A stretch of DNA of 64,000 bases from Euprymna scolopes (lineage: Eukaryota): assembly GCA_053919585.1 (NCBI GenBank), contig CM132790.1; one strand, written 5' to 3'. Made by a program: the position numbers and the translations under genes. Under the pieces are notes generated by a model, which worked only from the letters and a program-made list of their open reading frames with translations, was not told the DNA's origin and searched no databases. Positions 26,236 through 39,538 of the stretch are shown here, in pieces (the stretch's first letter is position 1; every line of letters starts with the position of its first letter).

Positions 26236-29200
26236 ATGGGACCGCTACCTTGACGATGTAAAATACCTAGTGTGTCTCAGTGAATCTGAGAGCGATGCCG
26301 TCTGGAGCTTTATGCTCCTTGTAGGGCCACCCATGGCGGTAAGGTGTTCCGGATTAAGAACTTTTCAAAATTACCTAAACGGCGTAGTGCGCGCATGATG
26401 GTAGCAGCGCAATCTCCAAAACAATCACAAAGACAGAGGAAGACTGCATCAAAGATGGATCCGCAATTGTCTTGGTCTCATGCATTTGGATCCTTGTGTA
26501 GTTTTTGCCAAGGACAGTGTGGTTGTAGCTTGTGCACCAGTTACCCCATTTTAATAGGCTTTCTCGTGGAGGGCCTACTATTACTGCTCCCAAAAGTCCT
26601 ATTGCTCCCATGAAATAGTATAGGGAGCAGGGCAGTGAGGCATGGGAGGTTCTTGCTATGTATTGTCTCATCGGAGATGGGTGTCTGATTCAGTCGCCCT
26701 GCTCTTCGGCCGAGGCAGAAAGAACATGTCGGCAGCGGCAGCCACGTATGAGTAGTCCTAATAAGGATCTGGTCTGCTCATCCACATGGGGATAGAAAAG
26801 GCACCGTAAAAATAACCTGCCTCATAGCAGCCGACTGAATATTGCGCCGATTGCCTTCACATCTGTGTGGTAAAATACGAAAAATAATGACCTTTGGATA
26901 ATAAAATGTGCGAACAGTGATAGACAGTGCATCCAGCAATTTTCAAGAAAGAAGAACTACAATATTAGCCAGGGAGGCGAAGCGGGCCAAGATCGACATC
27001 GCCGCTAAATCAGAGACGCTCTTAGACTAAAAAAGAGACTAGTTTATACACTTTTTTCATGAGGAGAAAAGCAGCTGTTGAACCCAAAACCCATGATGAT
27101 GGGTTTGTCAACAACAACCAGCTCATTTCCCAACATTCTGAATCTCTAGTATACATCAATGATCGTCTCATATCTCTATGATTGAGTCTCTAAAATAACC
27201 AGATTGCCATGGATGTGAGTGCCTATGTTGCAACTTTAGACTCACAGAATAAAAAGAAAAGGCAATCTTTCATGCACCCCTTGACCAGGTTACTTAAAAC
27301 ATCTAAAAAGAAGACACAACACTTCTACTCGTGGATTTCAATGCCACGATTGGCAGGGATCACTACTTCCAGAAATACACTTTAGGCAGGGATAGTGTGG
27401 AGAATGTATATCAACTTAGCCATCCTGTACATGAGCTTGAGGTCACAAACACCCTATTCCGTAAGAGCAACCGACACAAAACCTCCTGGATGCATCCCTG
27501 ATCGGAGCGCAGGCATCTCATTAACTATGTGATTGTAAAGGCCCAAGATGGAAAAGAAACACACGTTAGCTAGGCTATAACCAGTGCGGACGAATCTTAA
27601 CTGACTACCTCCTCAACTCCTATAACATGAACATGAAGGTGAGACGGAGAAAAAGACACAAAGATAACAGTTCATCAGAAAATTCCACATGGACCGTCCG
27701 AGAGACACAAAATAGGTGCAACAGTTTAAAAACTCCCTTCTTGATAGGCTCCATGAAGGATATCCAGAGGGTGTGGAGGAATACTGGTAAGCGCTTAAGA
27801 TAATATTTCTTTAGGCCAGCAAAAACACCATCGGTTATAATACCAATAAACACTTAGATTGATCCGATGACAACGACGTCTTAGTACATCTTATTGACGC
27901 TAAGAAAAAAATCCTTCTGGATGTTGCAAGATGACATCAACTGTATGCCCCAAAACAGACCAACTCAAACATAATAACACTTGTCCAGACAGAGAGCCGA
28001 AGAGAAAATTACGGGTGGAAAAGGCCCTAGAAATCAAGAGGCTTGCTAACTCAGAGGTTTCTGTAATACTAGAAAAGCTGTATATGGACCCAGCTAGCGT
28101 GGTGTAAACCCTCTTTGATTCAACGATGGACAAATTCTGCTGACACAGAGTGTGGGCATCGATTTCAGAGGTAAAAACACTTCCAGGAGCTCCTAAATCG
28201 AAACAACAAAGTTTAGATGGAAGCTATCAACTATATATTATTGAGCGCCCTGCTGTTGAACACCTGGGTGCCTCTTCCCCAACGGAAAGTTAGGTCAAGG
28301 ATGCCATCAGTAAACTGAGCAGCAACAAGACCTTTGGTTTAGATGGGATTGCTGAAGAAATCCTCAATCAAGGCGGACTAAAATGCTATTGCCACATCCA
28401 TAGCTTCCTTACTAAAATCTGGGATAATAAGGAAATACCAGCGGCATACAGTGATGCCTTGATCATCACAATCTTCAAGAGGAGTGATAAAGCGGACTGG
28501 GGCAACTACAGAGGTATCTCCCTCCTGTCCAGAACAGACGCAGTACAACCCCGTATATTGGCCGACCGTTTGCTGCCGCTGTCAGAAAACATCCTACCAG
28601 AGTCGCAGTTTGCCTTTTATCATGCTAGAAAAAACATCTGATATAATTTTACAGTCATCATCTGCAGGAAAAATGTCTGGAGCTACACTTTCCCCTGTGC
28701 ATGGTGTTCATTGACCTCACAAAGGCTTTCAACTCTGTGAAAATAACTGCCCTAGTGTCGCTACTTTCCAAAATTGAATGTCCAGACATATAATTCAAAA
28801 TCTTGAAACTTCTTCATGATGACATATCGGAGGTTGTGGTCGGCAATGGCGACTTGGAAACATCTTCCTTCAAAGTTGGCACCGGTGCCAAGCAGGGCTG
28901 CATCATATCCCAAACCTGTTCGCCATCTTTATCTCACAATCCTTCACCTCACTATCCGTAGCATACTTGATTAAATCAGACTCAGGTACAGGACAGATGG
29001 CGGATTATTATAATCAGCAGGTTCATCGCAATAAGCAAGCTTCTCACATCGTCCATAATGGGGTTTCAATACCAAGATTGCAATGCACTGGTTATGCACT
29101 CAAAAGTGAACCTCCAGAGAATCTTGGATGGTTTTGAAAGAGCTTACCGGCTTCTGGGATCTGATATTTATATGAGAAATTCCCAGCCAAAAAGTGAACC

Positions 29201-30056
29201 AAATACTGCCACACACCCAGCCGCCCACAATCTTGGTGGAAGGCGACACCTTAGAAAATGTGGATCAATTAGCGTACGTTGGAAATCCTTCCTCCAAAAA
29301 AACTCTCATCGGTGCAGAGATTCACCGGCGTATCAGATGCCACAGTGCACCCTTTGCCAGGCTATAGACGCGGTTGTTAGAGAATCGGGACATATACAGC
29401 AGGATAAAACTGCTATTAATAAAGTTGTTCTGCCCACATTTTTCTCTATGGGTCTGGGAGCTGAACTACCCACAGCAAACATCTGACGGCCTTGAAGTAG
29501 TATCACCAGCGTTGTCTCTGCAAGATCCTCAGGATTAGATAGGAGGATCGACGAACAAACGTAAGCGCCCTGAGGAAGGCCAACATACCTACCACCACCA
29601 CAAGCATCATCTAACACCATCTGCGATTGACGGGCGGTGTTATGCGCACACATGATAACCGCCTTCCAAAACAAAGGCTCTACGATCAACTGAATTAAAG
29701 TGGTCCCCAGGGAGACATAAAAAATATATCACAACATAAAGACCCATCAGAAACAGTGTAACATCAGATTCATCAGCCGGAAGTATGCTATTCTTCAGAA
29801 GGGCATGTGGACCAGGATGCTCACTGAAGGCAGAGCAGTAGAAAATAGGAGGAAGCAGAAAAAGGAGGGATCTACTACCAACGCAGCTCGTTCCGCCACT
29901 TCCACTGCCCAGTGACTACCCACGCATGCACCCACTGCAAAAAACATTGCGGGTCAAGGATCAGCGTCCACAGCCATATTGGGAACCAACAAATAACCAG
30001 ACACAATCTCCACGACAGGAGAACAATTATACTCATCACGAGTGATTGCCGATATT
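26236..30056 (+). mobile_element. Near full-length decayed RTE/BovB-type LINE (5' leader, APE endonuclease, RT, C2H2 finger)
   Basis: RTE-like 5' leader; APE start TFG**NVRTVID (26889); IITIFKRSDKADWGNYRGISLLS; VFIDLTKAFNSV; GAKQGCII; C-terminal HACTHCKKHCGSRISVHSH; RTE-type end ATACTCATCACGAGTGATTGCCGAT. Confidence 0.9.
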
Positions 30057-30489
30057 GGAAACGTATTACATAAAGCACAAACCTGACAAACGATATGCCA
30101 TTTAAAAAAAAAAAACAGGAAACAACTTACATATACATTATTCTTACCTTAAAATACAGGTGCGTCAATTTAACATTTACACTTGTGATGTGAATAAAAC
30201 ATTTTCGGGAATACCGCCCACAGGTGGAGTATTTTTTTAAATAAAAATAAAGCAAATGTAAAAGTTTTAAATGAAGTATTTAAAGTAAAAGTAAAGTACA
30301 TGCCGACTAAGAAAAAAAGATAAATGTAAAAATTTAAGTCATTGCCATCATTACTATAAATTGTGTTCTGTTTTAAAAGAATTTGAAGAAATTGTATGCA
30401 TATTTTATTAAGCCCTGAAATATATAAATAAAGAAACATAAAATAAGTTATGAGTTTTTAACGTTTTTTACACGTTAAACGAAAAAATA

Positions 30490-30533
<44 letters not shown>

Positions 30534-30753
30534 TATAGATAAATATATATGAATACANNNNNNNNNNNNNNNNNNNNNNNNNNNNNNNNNNNNNNNNNNN
30601 NNNNNNNNNNNNNNNNNNNNNNNNNNNNNNNNNNNNNNNNNNNNNNNNNNNNNNNNNNNNNNNNNNNNNNNNNNNNNNNNNNNNNNNNNNNNNNNNNNNN
30701 NNNNNNNNTATATATAAGCTTACATATATATGAACACCATATATATATGTATG

Positions 30754-30802
<49 letters not shown>

Positions 30803-31419
30803 TTACGAATTTTATTACGAATGCAAATAAAAAAAATAAAACGACATTCATGGAATACAATGGATATTTAAAACACGTGAGACCTGGGTTCGGTGTATCT
30901 TGCTGAAATAGAAAGTATGGGGAGACTCTTTTCAAACCCGGAAATATACAGAAGACCAACGTATAGCGTATGAAAGTAACGAAGACACGGCACACAATGA
31001 TAAATTTCAAAGTTAAATTTTATTACAAAACAATTTTAACTATGGTAGGGGGTGATTTTAAGTAATACTAAAAGTAACAGATTACGAGGGTGTGGAATGG
31101 GTTTCTTGATATACTATCTGCAAATGCCGTCGAGATACAAATGCCCTCAAGTTTTAAAATGGGGAGTATGGTGAAAATGTTATGTACTTTCACCTAACTA
31201 TTTAATAAAAGCGATATCGTAACAACGGAATGCCTTGTTTAAGTATTTCTAAATAAGAAAAATCATTTATCTTTTAAGTCCAACTATTTTACTGTGCAAT
31301 ATTTATAACCGCGTGAAATAGATTAAATTTTTTAAAATTAATGGCCGTTTTTGTTATCCCAAAAGCTTATTAATAATTATTTGTGGTAAATGTCGTGGCC
31401 CTGTAGTTGTCAGAATTTT

Positions 31420-31578
31420 GGAGCATATACTTCCAAAATAAACCATTAAAAGTGTTTAAAAAAATGACAAAAATATGTTTTTATTTAAAAATAGTGTTTA
31501 CAAAATGCCGGCAATAAGAAAATAATATTTCTATTATTTTTTAAACAATTTTAATAGTTTATTTTGGAAGGATATTCC
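31420..31578. repeat. Inverted repeat, arms of about 50 bp
   Basis: ATATACTTCCAAAATAAACCATTAAAAGTGTTTAAAAAAAT versus ATTTTTTAAACAATTTTAATAGTTTATTTTGGAAGGATAT. Confidence 0.85.
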
Positions 31579-31680
31579 ATAAAGAAAATAAACAACCAAC
31601 TTAAAATAGAGAAATTACGAGTTTTGTATATGTTATTCGCAGGTTGTCAAAAATTCCCCCCAGATTCTGATACTCTTACT

Positions 31681-32235
31681 AGCGCTGTAAACGAAAATAA
31701 CGTTTAAAATTACGGCAAACGAGTAGTTTCCAAGATATGAAGAAATGTTAGTTTTAAAAAGTAAGGGATCACTTTTCTACAAAAAAAATACGTAAAATGA
31801 TCACCCTCTTTATGGCCATCGTTTCTTTTTAGAGCGCTTTCTTTTTAACAAATAAATGCGAAGAAAAATAAGTACATCCACCTTTATGTTGGGGGTTGGG
31901 AGTCAACGTACAATGAACACAGTTTAACGTAAAATGAGCATCCCCTTTCCAAAAGTGTAAACAGAATTTTTGTCGGATATAGAGGGTACGCTGTAGGTGC
32001 TCATTTTACGTTTAGTTGTGTTCATTCCTACATCAAAGTGGCACTTCGCCTTGTTTGAGGCGAAAATATTATTTTAAAAACATTTGCTCGTTGACAATGT
32101 AAAAAAAAAAATTGGCCATAAAGTTGGTGGTCGTTTTAGGTTAAATTATCCCCCACTTTTTAACTAACCTCTCTTTATATCTTGGAAACTACCAGCTTGC
32201 CGTAATTTTAAACTTTACTTTCGTTTTCAGCACCT
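31681..32235. mobile_element. Foldback/MITE-like imperfect palindrome of about 555 bp
   Basis: Left AACGAAAATAACGTTTAAAATTACGGCAAACGAGTAGTTTCCAAGATAT pairs with right ATATCTTGGAAACTACCAGCTTGCCGTAATTTTAAACTTTACTTTCGTT. Inner CTTTATGGCCA/TGGCCATAAAG and AATGAACACA..AACGTAAAATGAGCA/TGCTCATTTTACGTT..TGTGTTCATT also pair. Confidence 0.8.
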
Positions 32236-32396
32236 CAGAAAACTTATAAATGTGGGAATTGTAAAGTATTTTTCGAGGTTGGACTAATTCTGCATATTTA
32301 CCTTATTTTTTATTTTATCGTTTTTTGCCATATAATTTTTTTTTTTTTTGTATTAAGTCAAACATGGTACACTTTTCTTTTAAATTATTGTTTTAG

Positions 32397-35325
32397 GTAT
32401 GTGAACTTTATTTTCGACCTGAAGACATACACTGAGAGACATCAGCATTTGATAAAAGGACTGGGAAGACAATTAGTGTTAATTTTTTTTTAAATCCCTA
32501 TCTTAAGGATGGTGCTATTCCTCGAATATTACCAAACTGTACCGCCTACTTATCGTCATAAACCACTTTTAGAGAGTCTCCTAACGCAAACAAAATGCGT
32601 TTAGATAAGTCTGCTCTTAAGCGTGCATTATGTGAAAGTGTTGCTGACGAGTTAGATTTACGGAAACATAAGACTTCTCATAATATTGATGATTTAGAAA
32701 AAAAATTAACGTTTATAGATAAAAATTGCTGGACTTCTATTCGGCAAGACAATACTATCATTATATGCCATATAAAGAGATGCCCCCCAAAAAAAAAATT
32801 ATATTGTGATTGAACCGGACTTGGTCGTTATAGTATTCTGTAGTGATGTGGAAATGAGTGCTATAGGGGAGTATGGAATTCCTAAATATGTAACAGAGGA
32901 AAATACTCTTCAGATTTTGATGGAAAACATGAAAAAATGGGCATCGAAGAAAAGGAAATAAAAACGTCTAATATTAGTTCTTTATGAAAATTAATCTTAT
33001 CAGTTTTGCTATTAGTGCAAGATGAATCATTTACTTATTTTAATGTCATTAAGTTCACATATGAACAAATTAAAATAATGGCAATAGATAAGGTTAATTA
33101 TTCGAGTGAAATGATGGTATTTTCCTTATAATACAACTGCTCCCCTAGAGAGTACAGAGTGTTAAGAGACACTAAAAATGTAATTTTACCATGCTATTCA
33201 ACCATTCGAAGATTAACCTTATCAACTTCTATGAATCCTGTCATTGAACAACACGATGACAAATTTCTCATATATAATAAAAATAAGGTCAAGTTACTAA
33301 TGTAGAATAACATCACAGTATCTTTACTTGTTGATGAAATACATCTCAAACCTTATCTTGATTATGAAAGTGGTAATATTGTTGGCTTAGATAACAACAG
33401 CAATGAACCTGCCACAAGTGCATTTGCTTTTAGGCTTAGCAGTGTATTCTCACAATATAAGGATGGTGTGCATGTTATGCCAACTAAATGTCTTCTAGCT
33501 GAGAACTTATTTGACATAAACGTGTAATAATTGGCTTAGAAGATATAGGGTTTAAGGTATTATCTGTTATAACAGATAATAATGCAATAAATAAAAAAGC
33601 TATGTCTTTCTTTTGTGGCCCATCAAAACTCTCAATTGTATATCCCCATCCAGTTAGAACGTCTAGCCCTCTTTTATTTTTATACGACTCAGTGCATATA
33701 TTAACATGCATTAGAAACAATTGGCCTGGCTAAAAAGATGAACGTACATGCATGATGGTCTCAAAGTTTTGTTATAATGGAAATCATTAATTAGATAGCA
33801 TCCAAACTTCTCCATTTTCTAGTTTACATCAACTTTATGTCCTAGTATCTCAATCACTCGTGAAATATTGCTATAAGTTGACTTCAAAAGCTTTTTCTCC
33901 GACTAATTTTGAAAGGCAAAATGTTTATTTGGTTTTGCAAATTTTCAACGAATATACTATTCAAGGTTTGCTAACCTTAGGAAAACATGGTGTATATATT
34001 ACCAGGAAAGTTACAGACAGATAACATTGAGGCAAGGTTTGGCCAGTATCGACAACTTAGTGGAGATCAGTATAATATATCGATACGTCAGGTGTATGAA
34101 TTAGAAAAAAAACTCAGAATGTTGTCAGTTTTAAAATTGAGCTTACCAATTAATAATCGAACTATTGAATTATAAAATTTAAAATGAACTAACTGGGATT
34201 AAATGACAAGAGAGCAAGCGTTGCATGTTTATAAATTTAACATAGATGTAACAGAAGATGATGTTAATCAATGCAAGGAAGTACTTTTTGATATATTATA
34301 TAGGTTATTGCTGTCATGCATTTTCCAAAAAAAAAAAACTGAAATGCAATAGCGGAAAACATTTAATACCCGGGAGAGAAGTTGTTGAAGAAATATCTGA
34401 ATTAAATAGCTACCTTCAGGTATTAACAGAGGTTCACTGCAATCCCCAAATGATATAACCAATAATTTTGTCTTATATAATTATATAGATATAAACAAAC
34501 TTACAAAATGCGATTCTTTTTTACATTTGATTCATCAGAGAAAATTAGCCATGTATATATCTTTAAAAATTGTCTGATCAAAATCGATTATTTCATGTTG
34601 ACTCTTGTAATGAGGGTCACACTATTCAGCAAATTTTTAAAAAATGCTCATATGGAGTTCATCGAATTCCTTTATAAACAATTTTGGTCGCAAAGAGAAT
34701 GACAATATTAATTTAAAAAATATCAGAAAAAGAAAAAAAATGCCTTAGAAACTTTGTTTATACTAACATTTGTTATAATTTAATTTTTAACTTGTTGTTT
34801 GTTATTCAGATAAACTACTTGTTCGTTATACAGTTAAACTAATGCATTGTTCGTTATTCAGTTATACTAATTTATTGTTCGTTTTTCAATTAAAGTAATT
34901 CATATTTCAGTTAAACTAATTTATTGTCCGTATTTCAGTTAAACGGATTTATTGTTTGTTTTTGAGTTTTGATTTTTAAAATATTGTTTTTTTATTTTAA
35001 AAATATTTATTGTTCATTTTTATTTATTTCTATTGAATGAACTTCAGTTATATACAAATTAAAACGTATTACTTTTCTTTGTACACTTTTAAACAACTTT
35101 TCTCCCTTTCAATTCGTTTTTTTATTATTATTAATATGTTTATTATTAATATTGGAGGAGTTTCAGTACAAAGTATCATGTTTATCTTTTTTAATTCAAT
35201 TTTGAAGTTGTTTAACGCTTTCTGTAAAAAAATGTCTGCTCATTATCGACAGTCTGTGTTCCACTTATCTTGCTTGCTAAGGACTATGGGGATGACGTCA
35301 TTTTTCAGCTGACAGGCCATCTCTG
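32397..35325 (+). mobile_element. P-element superfamily (THAP9-like) DNA transposon relic
   Basis: After a TTTTAG acceptor: VCELYF..LKDGAIPRILPNCTAYLS (THAP C-terminus); SPREYRVLRD; LLVDEIHLK; VITDNNAINKKAM; FLYDSVHILTCIRNNW; FERQNV; YILPGKLQTDNIEARFGQYRQLSG. Candidate right end GACAGGCCATCTCTG at 35311-35325. Confidence 0.88.
34793..34960 (+). repeat. Degenerate 28-29 bp tandem repeat (about 6 units) in the 3' region of the P-like element
   Basis: Recurring TTGTTCGTTATTCAGTTAAACTAAT. Confidence 0.8.
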
Positions 35326-36926
35326 ACGATGGTCACGGGTTTATTACCACATTATTGTTTTTTAACCTAATGGTTTTGTGATAGAATATTTTAGATGACG
35401 AAGAACGCTAACGAACTTGAGAAGACAACTCTGAAGCATCAGTGAAAGCAAACGGCAATATTTGAGATAATCTTTTCCAAGCGAACATCACTAATCGAAC
35501 ATTTTAAACTTCTGCAATTTACTGTCTTGCATCACCAAGATTTCACAAAAACACAATAAAATGGTGAGCGTAAGAGCTTGGTAGATATGCATTTTTTTTT
35601 TGTTAATGTAAAGAAAACAACCCAGATCGAAAACGGCCGAGAGACAGAGAGAGAGGGGACATAACTGATGCGATTATTTTCCTTATTTTTACTTGCTGCT
35701 AACAATAGAACTGTTATACTTTTTTCAATAAATCTTATGAAGAAATTATATTTCGAGGGGAATTGGATCTTTTATCGCTTGGAAGGAAACCGGCAAAAGG
35801 CAAATTTATTGAACATTTATTTTTACGTCGACTGTAAAACTGCATATTTCCTATCTCAGATTTGATGGCAAAAAACTTTCACGCATGGCGGTAATATCGT
35901 CTGCATTACCCAAAACTAATAGTTGAATATGGGAAAGGTTTAACCATGTCATAGAAGTAATCGAATCGACGGTGAACTAAAATAAAGTTGGTGAAACTCA
36001 CATTCCTGACAGACCACGGACACAATATTAAAAATTCGAGATTTTTTGTCATAAGCAGGAGGACTTAAGGAGGGGAAGTGGTATAAGGCCGTAAGTAGAT
36101 CATTTATTTGCTGCTAGAGCGTTTTTGCATTCAAAATAAAAAAAAAACGGCAAAGCGGATGACATGGAACATTGTTATTAGTTTGTATCATCTCTCTTAA
36201 GCACACCACGGAGCTTGACGTTCTGTGCTTTTATCTGTGACTGGGGTGAACTACATATTGCGTCATTTCGACACGCACAACTCGAACTGATTGAAATTAC
36301 TTAATCTACATAATAACGGAAATTGTTGCAATGAATGTAACAGAGATTATACTGCGGCAGTTGCTGCAACAATGTTTGATTTTTTTTTTAAGAATAAAAG
36401 AAGGAGCATATAACTGTCGTTTTTGTAAAAACGTTAAGATTCCCAGTCGCGGGTAATAATTTGATGAAGAAGTGAAAGTCGGTTGTAAGAAGACTGTGTA
36501 TATATTTCGACTGAAATAATTTTAATACATCACAGCACCATTCAATATAGGATGTGTTTACGTGATGTAAGGATAATGTGACATATACGCTGCGTGTGTA
36601 ATTCTTTTTTCCTGTAAGCTCCTTACAGGATAGTCATGAATATATATTTCTTCACGATTATGACTACATATACGTGACAACGTTTTCACATTACTTGATT
36701 CGGTGATCTTACAAGGACAATGCCCGTGTGATAAAAGCTGTTATAATATACAAATGCACTCACAAACACAAAAAACACATACACATACATATATTATGCA
36801 CATGTGCATATATGAATACAACTTACAGCATAATAAAGATATATATGTGTATGTATATGTGTGTATTAATACTTCAAACAGTATAACGAGTTCTGTTCTT
36901 ACGAGTCTATAAAATATAATACAACA

Positions 36927-36976
<50 letters not shown>

Positions 36977-38504
36977 TCATATGCTATTGATTAGAATACG
37001 GTCTATTTTTCCGTTGTGAATCATTTTCAGAGTTAGATAAATCTTTTCAAGTAAAAAATAAACGTGGCGGCTTCAGAAACAAAAGTGATCATGGATACAT
37101 AAATTTAAAAGTAATAGAAAAATACCGAATATTAATTCATTTAATAAAACACACAACTCGGAGCCCTCGAGGGAGTCAGTATATATATTTGATCAAAATA
37201 TTCAGATATTCCTCATAAAATTTTGGATATTATATCCGAGGAGAAGATATCAAGCATACTTAAATATAATTAATTTCTCACTTGGTGTTATTCAACGCAA
37301 TATCCTCCCGAAATTACGTGTTAAAAATAAACTACTTTTGCAGTAACTACCAATGGTTTGTAAAGGCATTTATTTCACCGTGTGAAAAAAAACAATGGAT
37401 AAAAAATGCCTCGAAAACATATTTTTTCTAAATAATGAACAGTAAGTTTACTATAATAAATTAGTTATATTTATCATGTGATTTATGTCACAAAAAAGAG
37501 TGAATGAAATTCAACAAAGATAAATGTTAATGAAAGTTAATGAAAATCTGACAAAGATAAACACTAAAAACAAAAATTACTAAACATTAATGTACAAGAA
37601 ATCCCGTTTTTTTTGTTATAATATTTGACAATTACATAATGGCCTTTTCAACTAAAATAAAATACGATCACGTCTTAATTTAAGGAAAATATAATAATTC
37701 GAAATGTAGATTGTATAATCTCTTACCAGTCATGATATTCATGCCCCACAGAAGAGCATTTGCTTTCTTATATCATAAAAATAGGTTGGCTTAGTTTAAA
37801 TATCCGTGACAACAATAAAATGTTCCACCGCATAATTTTCATGTAACAACAACCACGATATGTACTGTTTCTTGTTTTGTGTTCCTACACGTATATACAC
37901 TCTGACAAAAAATAGTCCTTATTCCTCTAAGGTACAAGTTAATATCACAGATTGCTTACTTACTATTAAAATAAAGCTATTTAATAGTCGATTATAAAAT
38001 GAAAATAATCAATTATATGATAATATTACGATCATTTCGATTATCGATTACAATTTTCTCAATGCGTTGTATATCGTCGGCAAGCAATCAAATTGTTTTC
38101 TTTCATTGACTGCCATAAATACATGCATATATTGTTATAAGACACATTACTGATATAAACCTATATTTTAATATTATAATTTTATTTGTAAATAATTTAT
38201 TATATTATATTTTTATATTAATTTATTCATTATAAATATACATTAAAATATTTTAACTTCGTTTACGAAATTATAGAGAAATATTTGAAAAATATATGCA
38301 GTAACGTATATAAAAGTACAATTCCTATAATGCAATTATATTTGTAGATAGGATGTACGACATTTATAAAATAATATAAGTTAGATTATGCAATTGTGAC
38401 ACCATAGATTTAACAGAAGGTAGCTTTCGTTTTGATATGACAGACAACCAATAAGGGGTTTATTTGTTTTAAAAACTCCAGTATAATTCTAAAGCGTATG
38501 TGCC

Positions 38505-38595
<91 letters not shown>

Positions 38596-38596
<1 letters not shown>

Positions 38597-38800
38597 TAGC
38601 AAGACCCTGCCACGCGTTGTTGTGGCTAAATTTAGTGGAACGGAAAAAAAAATCCAAAATGAGAAAATGCATGTTTCTAATCTGTTCAATTTTCCAGTAC
38701 GTGTGGATACAATTTTCTGTGTTTTTGTTTTCTAAGATTATATCGGGATTTTCTAGTTGGATGACTCTTGACCACACAACATAAATTACTCACAAAAGAA
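38596..38800 (-). mobile_element. Helitron-like 3' end fragment
   Basis: Minus: GCCAC-AACAACGC-GTGGC hairpin, then AGGGTCTTG-CTAG|T into a (TA)n tract. Confidence 0.6.
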
Positions 38801-38809
38801 ACATTCAGC

Positions 38810-39501
38810 CAGGTACGGCTAACGATGGAGTACTGTTGCCACATCTAGTCAGGGGCTGCTGGGAGCATCAAATTTTGCCTTGAAAGAGTTCAAAATACAC
38901 TTCGTAGCTTAGACGATGATGCCTTTTTCCCCTCTCCTGCAACCTCTTCCCTACAAAAGAGACGTTTTGAGCCTTTCTCTGCGTTATCGGTATATGGCAA
39001 GTGCTGTCTCTGCGTTATCGGTATACGGCAAGTGCTGTATCTGCGTTATCGGTATACGGCAAGTGCTGTCTCTGCGTTATCGGTATATGGCAAGTGCTGT
39101 CTCTGCGTTATCGGTATACGGCAAGTGCTCAGCTGAGCTTACCTGTATGGGCCTCCCTCGATAAACATTCACGAAAAACACTCGTCTAGCCAAAACCACG
39201 ATCAATAATTTCCCACACTCTTTTTCTGTGGCTAAGCCTTAATAGAGATTCCATAAACAAAGCTCCTTTCTTAGAACTGCACGCATGTGGAACTCTCTTC
39301 CGATTGCATGCTTTACAGCTGACTAAAATTTGACTGTCTTCAAGTCCAACGTAAACTAGTTCTTGATGACCCTTTCCACTAATTAATCTTATTTACGAAA
39401 TTCCCACCAATTACGTTTGCTATGCTAAAATCACATTAACTAATGTATACCCATATACTCCTATCCTCGAGTTGTATCTTGGCCTTGGTAAATGATGATT
39501 C
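38810..39501 (+). mobile_element. 3' fragment of CR1/Jockey-type LINE including the 3' UTR
   Basis: QVRLTMEYCCHI*SGAA...LERVQ...LQPLPYKRDVLSLSLRYRY..GKCSAEL; SSFLRTARMWNSLP; 3' UTR CCTATCCTCGAGTTG..GATTC shared with the copy ending near 40916. Confidence 0.85.
38976..39129 (+). repeat. 31-bp minisatellite, 5 copies, inside LINE coding sequence
   Basis: Unit TCTCTGCGTTATCGGTATAYGGCAAGTGCTG at 38976, 39007, 39038, 39069 and 39100, with no spacers. Confidence 0.97.
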
Positions 39502-39507
39502 TTGCAT

Positions 39508-39529
<22 letters not shown>

Positions 39530-39538
<9 letters not shown>

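Noticed and set aside
38976-39129. CRISPR-like 31-bp repeats
   Set aside because: Units are contiguous with no spacers, derive from LINE coding sequence, and the context is eukaryotic with no cas genes
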